From: Chiloscyllium plagiosum
Lineage: Eukaryota
Direction of reading: 5' to 3'
DNA: 55,350 nucleotides
Assembly: GCF_004010195.1 (NCBI RefSeq)
Contig: NC_057757.1
Span: 4,037,498 to 4,092,847 of the forward strand
Positions 37,005 through 50,266 of the stretch are shown piece after piece. Made by a program: the position numbers and the translations under genes. The notes beneath the pieces are model-generated. The model had not been told where the DNA came from. It saw nothing but the letters and a program-made list of their open reading frames with translations, and did no database searches. Positions within the stretch are counted from its first letter, which is position 1, and each line of letters starts with the position of its first letter.

Positions 37005-37120
37005 GCAGCTTTTTAAATGCTGCGCTGCATCCTCCCAGCGACTGAGTTTGGACAGGATGTGGGTAGGTACCCTCAACTGAGTGTTGCCTAGACATTAAAC
37101 GTGAGATTTCACAATAACTG
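37005..37120 (-). promoter_or_regulatory. Putative proximal promoter of gene A
   Basis: Unique sequence upstream of the ATG. TATA-like TTTAAAAA (37017-37010), ETS:RUNX composite-like ACAGGATGTGGG (37052-37063) and C/EBP-like ATTGTGAAAT (37115-37106). Motif matches only. Confidence 0.45.
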
Positions 37121-37751
37121 CGCTTATGTTATTGTGTTCAGTAAGGTTGGGACATTGCATCTCATGAACTTTACATCTGACAGCACACACAGTGTGAGTT
37201 GGCAGTCACACAGCTTGCTTGCAAAACTGTGAGAATGCATTCCCAAAACAGCCCGTCCAGCTCAAACTTTCCTTGGTCTTATACCTCATCCCCAATTGCA
37301 CACACCTTCCCCCCACACCCTCAAGTAGGTGGGGGTGAGCTGGTACACTCTGTACAATGTAGGGGACACTTCCACGGTGTTGTTAGTGAGAGAGATCCCA
37401 GACTTGAATGACAGTACATTGCTCTGGGGGGGGAACTGTGAAGGAGGATGCAGAGGGCGCTCAGCGCGATTCGGACAAATTGAGTGAGCCGGCAAAAGCA
37501 CAGCAGACGCCATGCAATGTGAATCACCCGTGAGGCTATCCACTTTGGTGGCAAAACAGGAGAAGGCAGATTATTACCTGAATGGGGATAGATCAGGAAG
37601 GGGAGACGGGTGACGAGACCTGGGTATCTCTGAAAGTGAACATTACAAATACAGCAGGCGGTGAAGGAGGTAAATGGGATGTTGGCCTTCGTAGGTACGA
37701 ATACAGAAGCAGATATGTCTTGCTGCAATTGTACAGGGTCTTGACTATTGT

Positions 37752-39122
37752 CCAGTGTGTACAGTCCGGTCTCTATATCACACTGGGAGCACTGTGTCCA
37801 ATCTGGTCTCTATATCACACTGGGAGCACTGTGTACAGTCTGGTCTCTATATCACACTGGGAGCACTGTGTCCAGTCCGGTCTCTATATTGCACTGTGTA
37901 CAGTCCGGTCTCTATACCACACTGGGAGCACTATGTACAGTCCGGTCTCTATATCATACTGGGAGCACTGTGTACAGTCCGGTCTCTATATCAAACTGGG
38001 AACACTGTATACAGTCCGGTCTCTATATCACACTGGGAGCACTGTGTACAGTCCGGTCTCTATATCAGACTGGGAGCACTGTGTACAGTCCGGTCTCTAT
38101 ACCACACTGGGAGCACTGTATACAGTCCGGTCTCTATATCACACTGGGAGCACTGTGTACAGTCCGGTCTCTATATCACACTGGGAACACTGTATACAGT
38201 CCGGTCTCTATACCACACTGGGAGCACTATGTACAGTCCGGTCTCTATATCACACTGGGAACACTGTATACAGTTCCGGTCTCTATATCACACTGGGAGC
38301 ACTGTGTACAGTCCGGTCTCTATACCACACTGGGAACACTGTATACAGTCCGGTCTCTATATCACACTGGGAGCACTGTGTACAGTCCGGTCTCTATACC
38401 ACACTGGGAGCACTGTGTCCAGTCTGGTCTCTATATCACACTGTGTACAGTCTGGTCTCTATACCACACTGGGAGCACTGTGTCCAGTCTGGTCTCTATA
38501 TCACACTGTGTTCAGTCTGGTCTCTATATCACACTGGGAGCACTGTGTACAGTCCGGTCTCTACATTACACTGTGTACAGTCCGGTCTCTATACCACACT
38601 GGGAGCACTGTGTCCAGTCCGGTCTGTATATTGCACTGTGTACAGTCCGGTCTCTATACCACACTGGGAGCACTGTGTCCAGTCTGGTTTCTATATCACA
38701 CTGTGTACAGTCCGGTCTCTACATTACACTGTGTACAGTCCGGTCTCTATACCACACTGGGAGCATTGGGCACAGGCCAGTCTCTATACTACACTGGGAG
38801 CACAATGTCCAGTCTGGTCTCTATATCACACTGAGAGCACTGTGTACAGTCCAGTGTCTATATTACACTGAAGGCACTGTGTACAGTCCGGTCTCTATAT
38901 TACACTGAGAGCACTGTGTACAGTCCAGTGTCTATATTATACTGTGTACAGTCTGATCTGTATACTAAACTGTGTACAGTCCGATCTCAATACCACACTG
39001 GGAACACTGTATACAGTCTGGTCTCTATATCACACTGGGAGCACAGTGTACAGTCCGGTCTCGATACCACACTGGGAACACTGTGTGCAGTCAGGTCTCT
39101 ATACCACACTGGGAACACTGCA
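37752..39122 (+). repeat. Minisatellite, 37-bp unit with a 28-bp variant
   Basis: Unit CACTGGGAGCACTGTGTACAGTCCGGTCTCTATATCA repeated over about 1.37 kb, directly following CR1 ORF2 sequence. Confidence 0.95.
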
Positions 39123-42100
39123 TATATTCGACATTATAGAGGTGGTGGACCTGAGGATTGTGACACACTTGCATGAACTGAGTTGTTAAGCTGATTAAAA
39201 AATGATTGACTAGACTGGCGCTCTGTCCTCTTGTTACCGGGATTGCTGGGGGGCTCCCGATGGATTTTAAACTGGTTCAATCAAGAATCAGGGCCAGACT
39301 ATTCAGGTGAGACGTTAGGCAGTACGTCTACACACAGAGGGTGGGAGAGGTTTGGGACTCTCTTCCACAAACACCAATGGATGCTGAGTCAGTTGTTCAT
39401 TCAATGATCGCATTCGTTGGGGAGGTATCAGTCTTGTCTTATTATCGTTGGATTGTTAATCCAAAAACCCAGGGAATGTTCTGGTTCAACTGCACCACAA
39501 AGAGTGGAGTTTGAATTCAGTAACTAAAAAAGATCTGGAATTAATAGGTCAATGATGATCATGTGTTGATTATCAGGGTAAAACCCCTTCACTAATATCC
39601 TTTAGGAAAGGAAACAGACATCCTTACCTGGTCTGGCCTACACGTGACTCCAGACCCACAGCAATACAGTTGACTCTTAACTGCCCTTTGGGCAATTAGG
39701 GATGGGCAATAAATTCTGGGCGTAGCCAGTGATGCCCTGTGAATGAATAAAAAATATTAAATCAGAGATTGATAATTTTGTGTTAAACTAAGGGGATATG
39801 GACCAAAAAGTGGAGTTAGGCCAGGGATCAGCTGGTGAATGTTGGAACAGGCTTAAGGGGCTAAATGCTCCCTCCTTCAAATCATGCCAGACCTGCTGAG
39901 TTTCTCCAGCAGCTCTCCATTTATGTTCCCGATCCCCCGCAGTGTTTTGCTTCTGGGAGAAGGGGTGAGATGAAGAGGAGGTGAGGAGAGACTGGACCAG
40001 GGGTGGGCACAGTGGCTCAGCGGTTAACACCCCTGCCTCACAGTGCCAGGGACTCAGGTTCAGTCGACTGTTGGTGTGGAGTTTGCACGTTCTCCCCGTG
40101 TCTGCATGAGTAACCTCCGGGTACTCCGGTTTCCTCCCACACTCCAAAGATATGCAGGTTAGGGCGGATTGACCATGGGAAATTGCCCATATGTCCAGGG
40201 ATATATTGGTGTATTAGTTAGGGTAGGGGAATGGATCTGGCTGGGTTACTGTTCAGAAGGTTGGTGTGGACTTGTTGGGCCGAATGGCCTGTTCCCATAC
40301 TGGAGGGATTCAGATGGTGGAATGGCCTCTTTCTTGAGCTGCACAGTCCTTGCGGAGGGAGATCATGCAGATTCTATCAGCAGTGGACTGCTTTTACACC
40401 CACAACCAAAGGTACTGTCACCAAAGGTCTGGTCAGATGCAACTTTCAGTAAACCTTACAACAGGGTTTTAACACATGCAAGGTGTGAGTTCTGATTAAT
40501 ACCGACTAGAGAGTGGGAAGCAGTCTCATGTAGAATTGTTCCATTCGCAAACTGTAAACTTCTCAACCACTGTTGAAGTGTGAGTGCTGGTTGCAAAGAA
40601 AAATAACTGGTAAATGAAAAAGCCACAGATTAGGCAAAACGACTTGAACATGATACTGTTCACAGGGTCGGTGTGGACTAGATAGTCCAAAAATGGCTTG
40701 CTCTCACATTGCTGGCTCTATCCAGCAAGACTGGGAGGACTAGCCATTAACAGTTCACACATTGGAGGCAACTCAGAGCAGATTCACCAGATTGATTCCA
40801 GAGACAAAGAATGTCTTATGAACAGAGATGGAGTGCTGTATACTGCCTGGTGTTTAGAAGGAGAGAAGATATAACTGAGGTCTATAAGATGCGAAAGGGG
40901 ATTGACAAAATTGATGTAGAGAGGGTGATTCCCTGTGTAGGGCGATCTGGAACGAGAGGTCACAGTTTTGGGACAAGGGATGGCAGATTTAAAACAGAGA
41001 TGGGGAAGAATTACTTCTCTCAAAGGGTGAGGAATCTGTGCAATTCACTCGTCCAGAGTGCTATGGAAGCTGGGTAAACGTAAGGAGGAGACAGATTTTT
41101 AATTAGTAACAGGTTAAAGGGGCTGTGGAGAGCAGGCAGCAGAGTGGAATTGAGGCCAAGATAAGATCAGTACTGATGGTGTTCGAGGCAGAGCAGATTC
41201 GAGGGGGTGAATGGCCTCCCCCTGTTCTTACTTCTTAATGTTCCTCCTGAAAGCTTAACCCTTGAACCCTCTGATTATCATCAGTTCCTAGTGTAGCTGA
41301 GAATTAAAACTCAGTGGACACAATCCAGAGACTTCCTGAGGGGAAGAGAAAGGAAATAGAGAGGAGAAAAGACTTTGAATTGGTATAGCGCCCTTCCGGA
41401 ACTTTGTTTTGTCAACCATTCCATGCGATTGCTGTCAAGACCCCTATCCCTAACTGCAGCCCCTTGGAACCGAGTGGACCATCTTAGAGGGCAGTTACGT
41501 GTTAACGCCTTCAGGTCTGGAGTCACGTGTAGGCCCTGAGCAGGTGAGGGAGAGTGGATTTGCCTCCTGAATGGGAGGGCCTGAAGGTGGGGGGGGCGAC
41601 TTTTACGAACATCGACAGTGCAGTCGCTGTCAGGTTGGGTTTTAATTCCGGGTCCTACGCTCCAGAAAGAGTCAGGAACCAGATCCGAAGTCTTGGCGCT
41701 GCCGCGGCACTGGGAACCGTCGTCATCTGCACAGCAAGATCCCACAGAGGAGTAATGTGACAATGGCCAGATCGTTAACTCTTGCGTTCTCCCTCCTTCT
41801 GGAGAGAGGTAGCTATTGGCGGGGGGGGGGGGAGGGCGTTAATTCCCTTGTCCATCCTTGACATTTTCCCATGCTCCTCTGAGCCAAGTTGATCTTGCCC
41901 AGGGAATGCCCTGTGTGCCTCTGTCTGAGTGTATTTCATCTGTGCATCCTTTGCTCACTGTGGTCTGCTCATAAACAATTCTTGTCACTGTACTTTGGTA
42001 TGCGTGACAATCAATCAATCAAGTTTACCTTCTTGCACCCCCATCCCCCCACCCCCAAGCTCTGCCACAGAGAGGGATTCGAACCTGCGACTCTGAAGCA

Positions 42101-43075
42101 GGAGTAGCTGAAATGGCAGAAAATGTCACGAGGGGCAAGGAGACCCTGGGGGCAAGGACAATCTTCCCAGCGCGGGATGGCATGGTGGCTCTGTGGTTAG
42201 CACTGTTGTCTCACAGTGTCAGGGACCTGGGTTCGATTCCAACCTTGGGGTATCTGTCTGTGGAGTTTCACATTCTCCCCGTGTCTGCGTGGGTTTCCTC
42301 TGGGTGCTCTGGTTTCCTCCCACAATTCAAAGATGTGCAGGTTAGGGTGGATTGGCGGTGCTAGAGTGTGCAGGTTAGGGTGAATTGACCGTGCTATAGT
42401 GTGCAGGTTATGGTGGATTGGCCATGCATTAGTGTCCATGAATGTGCAGGTTATAGTCACAGAGATGTACAACGCAGAAACAGACTCTTCAGTCCAACTT
42501 GTCCATGCTGACCAGATACCCCAACCCAATCTGGTCCCACCTGCCACCACCCAGCCCATATCCCTCCAAACCCTTCCTATTCATATACGCACAGGTTAGG
42601 GTGGATTGGCCATGCTAAATTGCCCATAGTGTCCAGGAATGTGTGAGTTAGGTGCATTAGTCAGGGGTAAATGTAGAGTAACAGGGCAACGGGTCTGGAT
42701 GGGATTCTCTTCAGAGAGTCAGTATGGACTTGTTGGGCTGAAGGGCCTGTTTCTACACTATAGGGACTCTATGAAACTTCCAAGATCTGCGGTATAGCTG
42801 CAGTGGGGTCCGTCGCTGTTCCTTCTCTCGGTGTTGCTCCCAGACTTCAGCTGGAGTTCCTCCAGCCAACCTTCTGCTTTCCCCGAGACAGAAAAAAAAA
42901 CTGCAGATGCTGGGATCCAAGGTAGACAGGCAGGAGGCTGGAAGAACACAGCAAGCCAGGCAGCATCAGGAGGTGCAGAAGTCAACGTTTCTGGTATTGA
43001 CCCGTCTTCGGGACTCCCGAGATGCAGTGCGTGTGTGGCACGGAGCCGTGTCAGAATCAGTTAAAACCTGAAACC

Positions 43076-43081
43076 TTTATT
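43076..43081 (-). terminator. Candidate polyadenylation signal of gene B
   Basis: AATAAA on the minus strand about 205 nt downstream of the TGA, in non-repetitive sequence. Confidence 0.45.
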
Positions 43082-43287
43082 TCGACAACATGGTGATGAT
43101 CAACCTCCTCCGAACGGGCTCAGAACTGGAAACTGCGGAAGGATTGACTGACCTCTTCCTGTGCTGTAAACATCTGACTTATAAGAGAAGGCAGAGGCTG
43201 CTTCCTCTCTCTGACATTTGGGGAAGCAGATTTGCATCCTCATCTGTGCTCAGCTATCACCAGTTCTGCTGAAAAAGTCCCTTATTT

Positions 43288-43376
43288 TCACAAAGTAACC
43301 ATGACGAAGGTCAGCAGCAACAAGGTTAAGAGTTGATGGCGTCCCCGGTGTGTTGAGCCAGTGCTGTTTGTGGACC
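43288..43376 (-). CDS. Gene B terminal coding exon: probable GPI-anchor signal (or tail-less membrane anchor)
   Basis: Acceptor tcttgcgttcttataccgacag|GG, phase 1. Encodes (G)STNSTGSTHRGRHQLLTLLLLTFVMVTL*: small residues, a polar spacer, then 14 hydrophobic residues ending at the stop codon. Confidence 0.75.
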
Positions 43377-46300
43377 CTGTCGGTATAAGAACGCAAGAGA
43401 TCAGAGCAGGCAGAGAACATTCGAGAGTGATAGGAGTCTGGAATGTGCTGCCAGGGGTGGTGATAGAGGCAGATACAATAGGAGCATTTCAGGAGCTTTT
43501 AGATAAGCACTTGAATATGTGAGGAATAGAGGGATATGGACCACGTTCGTGTGTGGAATGAACTTCCAGAGGAAGTGGTGGAGCGGGTACAGTTACAATG
43601 TTTAAAAGATGTTTGGATAAGTAGATGAAAGGGAAATATTTGGAGAGATAAAAGCCAGGAGCAGGCAGAAGGGATTAGTTTAATTCAGCACAATATCGTG
43701 GGCTGAAGGGCCTGATACTGTGCTGTTCTGTTCTAATCCTCACCACCTGGATGAACGCATTTCTCTTCGTCTCTGCTCCTGTCCCCCCGCTGTCATACAG
43801 TCCCACAGCACGGAAACAGACCCTTCGGCCCAACCAGTCCGTGCAGACCAAAATCCCAAACTAAACTAGTCCCCACCTGCCCTGCTCCTGGCCCATATCC
43901 CTCCAAACCTTTCCCGTTCATGAACTTATCCAAATGTCTTTTAAACGTTGTACCCGCATCCCCCACTTCCTCAAGAAGTTCCCTCCACACACGAACCACT
44001 CTCCGTGTAAAACGTCTGCCCCCACGTCCTTTTTTAAATCTTTCTCCCTCGTCTTGAAATTCTCCACCTTAAGGAAAATACACCTGGCATTCACCTTACC
44101 TATACACCTTCCGATTTTATAAATCTCTGTGAAGTCATCTCCTACGTTCTAGTGGAAAAAAAAATCCCAGCCTGCCTAGCCTCTCCTTATAACCAGCAAC
44201 ATCCTGGTAAATCTCTTCTGAACCCTCTCCAATATCCTTCCTACAACAGGGTGACCAGAAGTGCACAGTGCTTCAGAAGACACCTCACCAGCATCTTGTA
44301 CAACTGCAACATAACATCCCACCTCCCACACTCAAAATTCTAAGTAATGAAGGCAAGCGGGCTAAACGCCTTCTGAACCATCCTGTCTACATATGATGCA
44401 AACATCAAAGAATTATGTACCTGAACCCCTTGATCTCTCTATTCTACAACACCAGCCAGGGCCCTCGTTTTAATTGTACAAGCCCTGTCCTTGATTATTT
44501 TACCAAAATAGAAGGCATGGTTAGTAACTTTGTGAATGACACCAACATTGCTGAATAGGGAGGAAGATTATTTAAGATTACAAAGAGATCTTGATCGTTT
44601 GTGTCAATGGGCAGAGTGGCAGATGGAGTTTAATTTGGATAAATGCAAGGTGTTGCATTTTGGTAAAACAAACGAGGGGAGGGCTTGTACGATTAAACGT
44701 AGGGCCCTGGGTAGTGTTGTAGAACAGAGAGGGACCTAGGGGTTCAGGTACATGATTCTTTGATGTTTGCCTCACATGTAGACAGGGTGGTTAAGAAGAT
44801 GTTTAGCACGCTTGCCTTTGTTACTCTGACTTTTGAGTGTAGGAGTTGGGATGTCACGTTGCAGTCGCACACGATGCTGGTGAGGCATCACGTAGGGCGG
44901 CACGGTGGCTCAGTGGTTAGTTAGCACTGCTGCCTCACAGCATCAGGGACCCAGGTTCGATTCCAGCCTCGGGCGACTGACTGTGTGTGGAGTTTGCACA
45001 TTCTCTCTATGTCTGCGTGGGTTTCCTTCGGGCGCTCCAGTTTCCTCCCACAGTGCAAAAATGTGCAGGTTAGGTGAATTGGCCATGCTAAGTTGCCTAT
45101 AGTGTTCAGGCATGTGTAGGTTAGGCGCATTAGTTAGGTGTAAATGTAGAGTAATAGGGTAGTGGAATGGGTTGGGGTGGGCTACCCTTCAGAGGGATGG
45201 TGTGGACTTGTTGGGCCAATTGGCCTGTTTTCATGCTGTCAGGATTCAATTTAAATGACAAACAAAGGTGGACCCAGCACCAATCTCTGTGGCACACTAT
45301 TGGTACCAGGTCTCCAGTTTGGAAAACGATCCTCCACCACTATCCTCTGTCTCTTATTATCGAGCCAATTCTGTATCCAATTGGCAAACTCACCCTGAAT
45401 CCCCTATGATCTAGCTTTTGAACTGGTTGACCGTGCAGAAGCTTGTTGAAGGCTTTACTGAAGTCCAAGTGACCAATACCTACCGCTCTGCCCTCATCTA
45501 TCTTTTCGGTTACTTTTTCAAAAAACTAAATGACAAGAAGTGTCTTTAGGAAGGATTGGTCCTGTCATTTTTCTCCTGAACAGGGCTGCTGTAAATCTGG
45601 TTATGAGATGTCTGCACCATAGAAAGCAAAGTAAATAGCTTTGGAGCTTTTAAAGACAAAAAAAAGCATGAATGGGCAGAGTCAGACTCACACAGACACA
45701 GTGTTTTCATAGAATCATAAAACACCTAAGTGTTGAAACAGGCCATTCAGCCCAACAGCCCACACTGACCCTCCAAACAGTAACCCTCCCAGAACCACTC
45801 CCCTACCCCATTAGTGCATTAGCCATTTACCTCTGACTATGGGCAGCACGGTGGCACAGTGGTTAGCACTGTTACCTCACAGCGCCGGGGACCTGGGTTC
45901 AATTCCCACCTCAGGCAACCGTCTGTGTGGAGTGTGCACATTCTCCCCGTGTCTGTGCGAGTTTCCTGCGGGTGCTCTGGCTTCCTCCCACCGTCCAAAA
46001 AATGTGCAGGTTAGGTGAATTGGCCATGCTATGTTGCCCGTAGTGTTAGGTGAAGGGGTGAATGGATCTGGGTGGATTGCTCTTCGGAGGGTCGGTGTGG
46101 ACTTGTTGGGCCAGAGGGCCTGCTTCCACGCTGTAAGTAATCTGATCTAATGCACCTAACTGATGAAGGACTCCTGCCTGAAACGTCGACTTTACCTGCT
46201 CCTCGGATGCTGCCTGACCTGCTGTGCTTTTCCAGCACCACTCTAATCTTGACTCTAATCTCCAGCAACCGCAGTCCTCACTTTCGCCTAATGCACCTAA

Positions 46301-49300
46301 CCCACACATCCCTGAACAATTTAGCGTGGCCAATCCACCCTAACCTGCACATCTTTATCAACCCTCCCTGAATCATTGGTCCACCTCAATGGCATATGGT
46401 GCCAATGCTTTCAATGGGGGAATGGTTAACATTGGGATAACATCTGCTCATTCTCTCTGCTAATCTCCCAGTCATTGCCACCCTGTCTCTAAACTCCCCC
46501 ACTCTTCTTACGTTTCTTATGTATACACAGGTTGTGAGCAAGCGGAACAGGAGTAGGCCATTCAGCCTCTTGAGCCTGTTCCGCCACTCACTGGTCGTAG
46601 CCTTACTCCCTATACCTGCCTTTGGCCCAGATGCCTTCACACCTTTTGCTAAACAAAACTTTATCTATCTCAGATGTAAAATTAACAACTGATCCACTGC
46701 TGTTTATGGAAGAGAGTTCCAGACCCCTCTGTCCCACTTTGTGTGTGGAATCAGACGTTTTTTTTCCCAACAGTCAGTAATGATTATCATTAGATTTTCA
46801 ATTCCAGGTTTTGTCGCCCAGTCCCTAATTGCCCCTTGAGAAGGCGGGGGGGGATCTGCCTTCTTGAACCGCTGCAGTCCCGTGTGGTGTAGGGATCCCT
46901 AACACAGGGCCAAACAGCAAGGGATGTTGGGTACACTGGCCAAGTGAAACTCTAAAGTCATAAAACCTGCACGCCAGATGCAGCATCCGTTAGGGAGGGA
47001 GTTGCAGGATTTTGGCCGATATATCTCCAAATTATTGTTTGTTATAGACATAAATGATATGGATGAAAATGTGGGGGGAACATTAAGCAAATCTATAGAT
47101 GGCACCAAGATTGGTAAAATGGTGAAAAGCAAAGAACATGGTTGTAGATTATAGGAAGATATGGATAGGTCAGTCAAATGGGCAGACCAATGGCAGATGG
47201 TGTTTAAGCCTGATAATGTTGCCAGGGTTGGAGGATTTGAGCTATAGGGAGAGGCTGAACAGGCTGGGGCTGTTTTCCCTGGAGCGTCGGAGGCTGAGGG
47301 GTGACCTTATAGAGGTTTACAAAATTATGAGGGGCATGGATAGGATAAATAGGCAAAGACTTTTCCCTGGCGTTGGGGAGTCCAGAACTAGAGGGCATAG
47401 TTTAGGGTGAGAGGGGAAAGGTATAAAAGAGACCTAAGAGGCAACGTTTTCAGGCAGAGGGTGGTACGTGTATGGAATGAGCTGCCAGAGGAAGTGGTGG
47501 AGGCTGATACAATTGCAACACTTAAGAGGCATTTGGATGGGTGCATGAATAGGAAGGGTTTGGAGGGATATGGACCGGGTGCTGGCAGGTGGGACTAGAT
47601 TGTGTTGGGATATCTGGTCGGCATGGATAGATTGGACCGAAGGGTCTGTTTCCATGCTGTACATCTCTATGACTATGACTCTAAGTGTGCGGTGTTGCAC
47701 TTTGGACGAAGAAACAAGATGATGGAGTATTTAATGAATGGTAGGACACTGGGTCGGAATAGAGGGCTCTTGGGGTAATTATTCACAGATCCCTGAAGAC
47801 AGCAGAGCACGTGAATCAGATAGTTAAGAAGACGTATGGGACATTTGCTATCCTCAGTTGTGGCATAGAGTATAAGGAGTAAGGAGGTAATATACAGAGT
47901 GTTGGTTAGGCCACAGTTGGAGGACTGTGTGCAGTTCTGGTCACCTCAGAACAGAAAGGATGGGATAGCACTGGAGGGCTTACAGAGGAGGTTCACCAGG
48001 ATGGAGACATTGAGCTACAAGGAGAGACTAGATAGGCTTAGGTTGTTTTCTCTCGAGCAGAGAAAACTGAGGGGAGACATGATTGAGGTGTGTAAGATTC
48101 TGAGGGGTATGGACAGAGTGAATCGAGAGCAGCCGTTCCCCTTGGTTGAGGGGTCAATCATGAGCGGGCGCATTTTTAAGGTAAGGGTCAGGAGATTCAG
48201 AGGGGATTTGGGGAAAACACCTTTACACTCAGTGGGTGGTGGGAATCCGGAATGCATTGCCTAGGAAGGTAACGAAAAAATATTTGGAAGAGTACTTTCT
48301 TCAAATATCACAACATTCAAGGGTATAGGACAAGTGCAGGAAATTGGGATGAGTGCACTTTTAGTGGCGGTTATTGTCAGTGCAGACTTGATAGGCCAAA
48401 GGGCCTTTTTGACGGGCCTTATCTATGATAAGTCGGGATGGTGAGGGGCTCAGAGGGGAACTTGCAGGGGGTGGTGTTCCCAAGTATCTGCTGCTCTTGT
48501 CCTTCTCGATGGAAGTGACCATAGGTTTGGAAGGTGCTGTCTGAGGATTTTTGGTGAGTTTCTGCAGCGCATCTTGCAGACGGTACACACTGCTGCTACT
48601 GAGCGTTGGTGGTGGAGGGAGGGGATGCTTGTGGATTTGATGCAAATCGAGCGGGGGCTGCTTTGTCCCTGGATGGTGTCAAGCTTCTTGAGTGTTGTTG
48701 GAGCTGCCCACTATCCAGGGGCAAGTGGGGAGTATCCCCTCACTCTCCTGAGTTGTGCCTTGTCGATGGTGGACAGGCTTCGGAGAGTCAGGAAATGACC
48801 TACCCGCTGCAGTATTCTAACTTGCATTTGTAGCCGCTGTGGAGAGTGTGGTGCTGGAAAGGCACAGCAGGTCAGACAGCATCAAGGAGCAGGAGAATCA
48901 ACGTTTCGGGCAGAAGTCCTTCATCAGGAATCCTGAATCATCGATTCTCCTGCTCCTGGGATGCTGCCTGACCTGCTGTGCTCTTCCAGCGCCATGCTCT
49001 CGACTCTGATCTGCAGTCCTCACTTTCTCCTTTGTAGCCACTGTGTGCAGTTTCTGGGCAACGGTAGCCCCCAGGATGTTGATATTGGGGAGGTTTCATT
49101 GATGGCAACACCACTAACAGCATGGGCTGATGGTTCGAATCTCTCTTGTTGGGGATGGTCACAACCTGGCATTTATGTGTCATGAATGTTCTTTGCCACT
49201 TGTCTGCCCAAACCTGGATACCGTCCAGAGCTTGTTGCATTTAGACATGAACTAATTAGGGAGAGGTTGAACAGGCTGGGGCTGCTTTCCCTGGAGCATT

Positions 49301-50266
49301 GGAGGCTGAGGGGTGACTTTATAGAGATTTACAAAATTATGAGGGGCCTGGATAGGGTAAATAGGCAAAGTCTTTTCCCTGGAGTTGGGGAGTCCAAAAC
49401 TAGAGGGCATAGGTTTAGGGTGAGAGGGGAAAGATGTAAGAGACCTACGGGACAACTTTTTCACACAGAGGGTGGTGCGTGTATGGAATGAGCTGCCAGA
49501 GGAAGTGGTGGAGGTTGGTACAAATGCAACATTTAAGAGGCATTTGGATGGGTATATGAATAAGAAGGGTTTGGAGGGATATGGGCCGGGTGCTGGCAGG
49601 TGGGCCTAGATCGGGTTGGGATATCTGGTCGGCAAGGATGGATTGGACCGAAGGGTCTGTTTCCATGCTGTACATCTGTATGACTCTATGACTCTAAGTG
49701 GAGAAGTGTTGAATGGCTGGAGGAGGGAGGGGATGGGGTGCTCCAGAATGTATTGCACCCAGTTCACTCAAGGTGGAATGGAAGATCCTTCAAAGCCACA
49801 TGGGTGGAGGAGATTTACTTGGATCAGTTCAGGAAATTGGGAATTCTGATCATACATTGGAAGAACTAGGGTTGGTCTCCTCAGGTAAAAAGGGGCCAAG
49901 GGGAGATTTGATTGAGGCCTGGCCAACATTACGACCTTGCGGAGATATAGCAGAGAAAATAAGATGCTGATTACTGGCCTGAACTCAGAGGAAGGGTTGC
50001 AATGGAGATACAGAGAAGAACTTTCAATCAGTGAGAAATCATGGCCTGGAAGTGAGGCTGGTTGGAGGACTATGGAAGTGAACGTGATGGAGTTTGAGAA
50101 GAAATTGGGAAGGGACACAGGGGAAGGGGACTGACTAGGTCGCTCAGTAGGGGGACAGCCTGGGAATTGATGGGCCAATTGGCCTCTGTTGGCAAATGAT
50201 GGTGCAGTTGGGGTGGGGGTGGGGAGGGGACAGGGCTGATCGTGCAGGCGCTCCGATCCAACGTAC

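Noticed and set aside
37582-38908. Three long overlapping ORFs (359-429 aa)
   Set aside because: Artefact of a stop-free 37-bp tandem repeat; all three frames give the same rotating peptide.
37752-39122. CRISPR-like periodicity in this and other arrays
   Set aside because: Units are contiguous with no unique spacers, there are no cas genes, and the context is eukaryotic.
41640-41727. GC-rich unique stretch after ttgctgtgcag on the minus strand (MTTVPSAAAAPRLRIWFLTLSGA*), with a possible donor at about 43152
   Set aside because: Wrong phase to follow the 50267 donor. As a 3' UTR exon it would place the stop more than 100 nt upstream of a junction, an NMD target. No further support.
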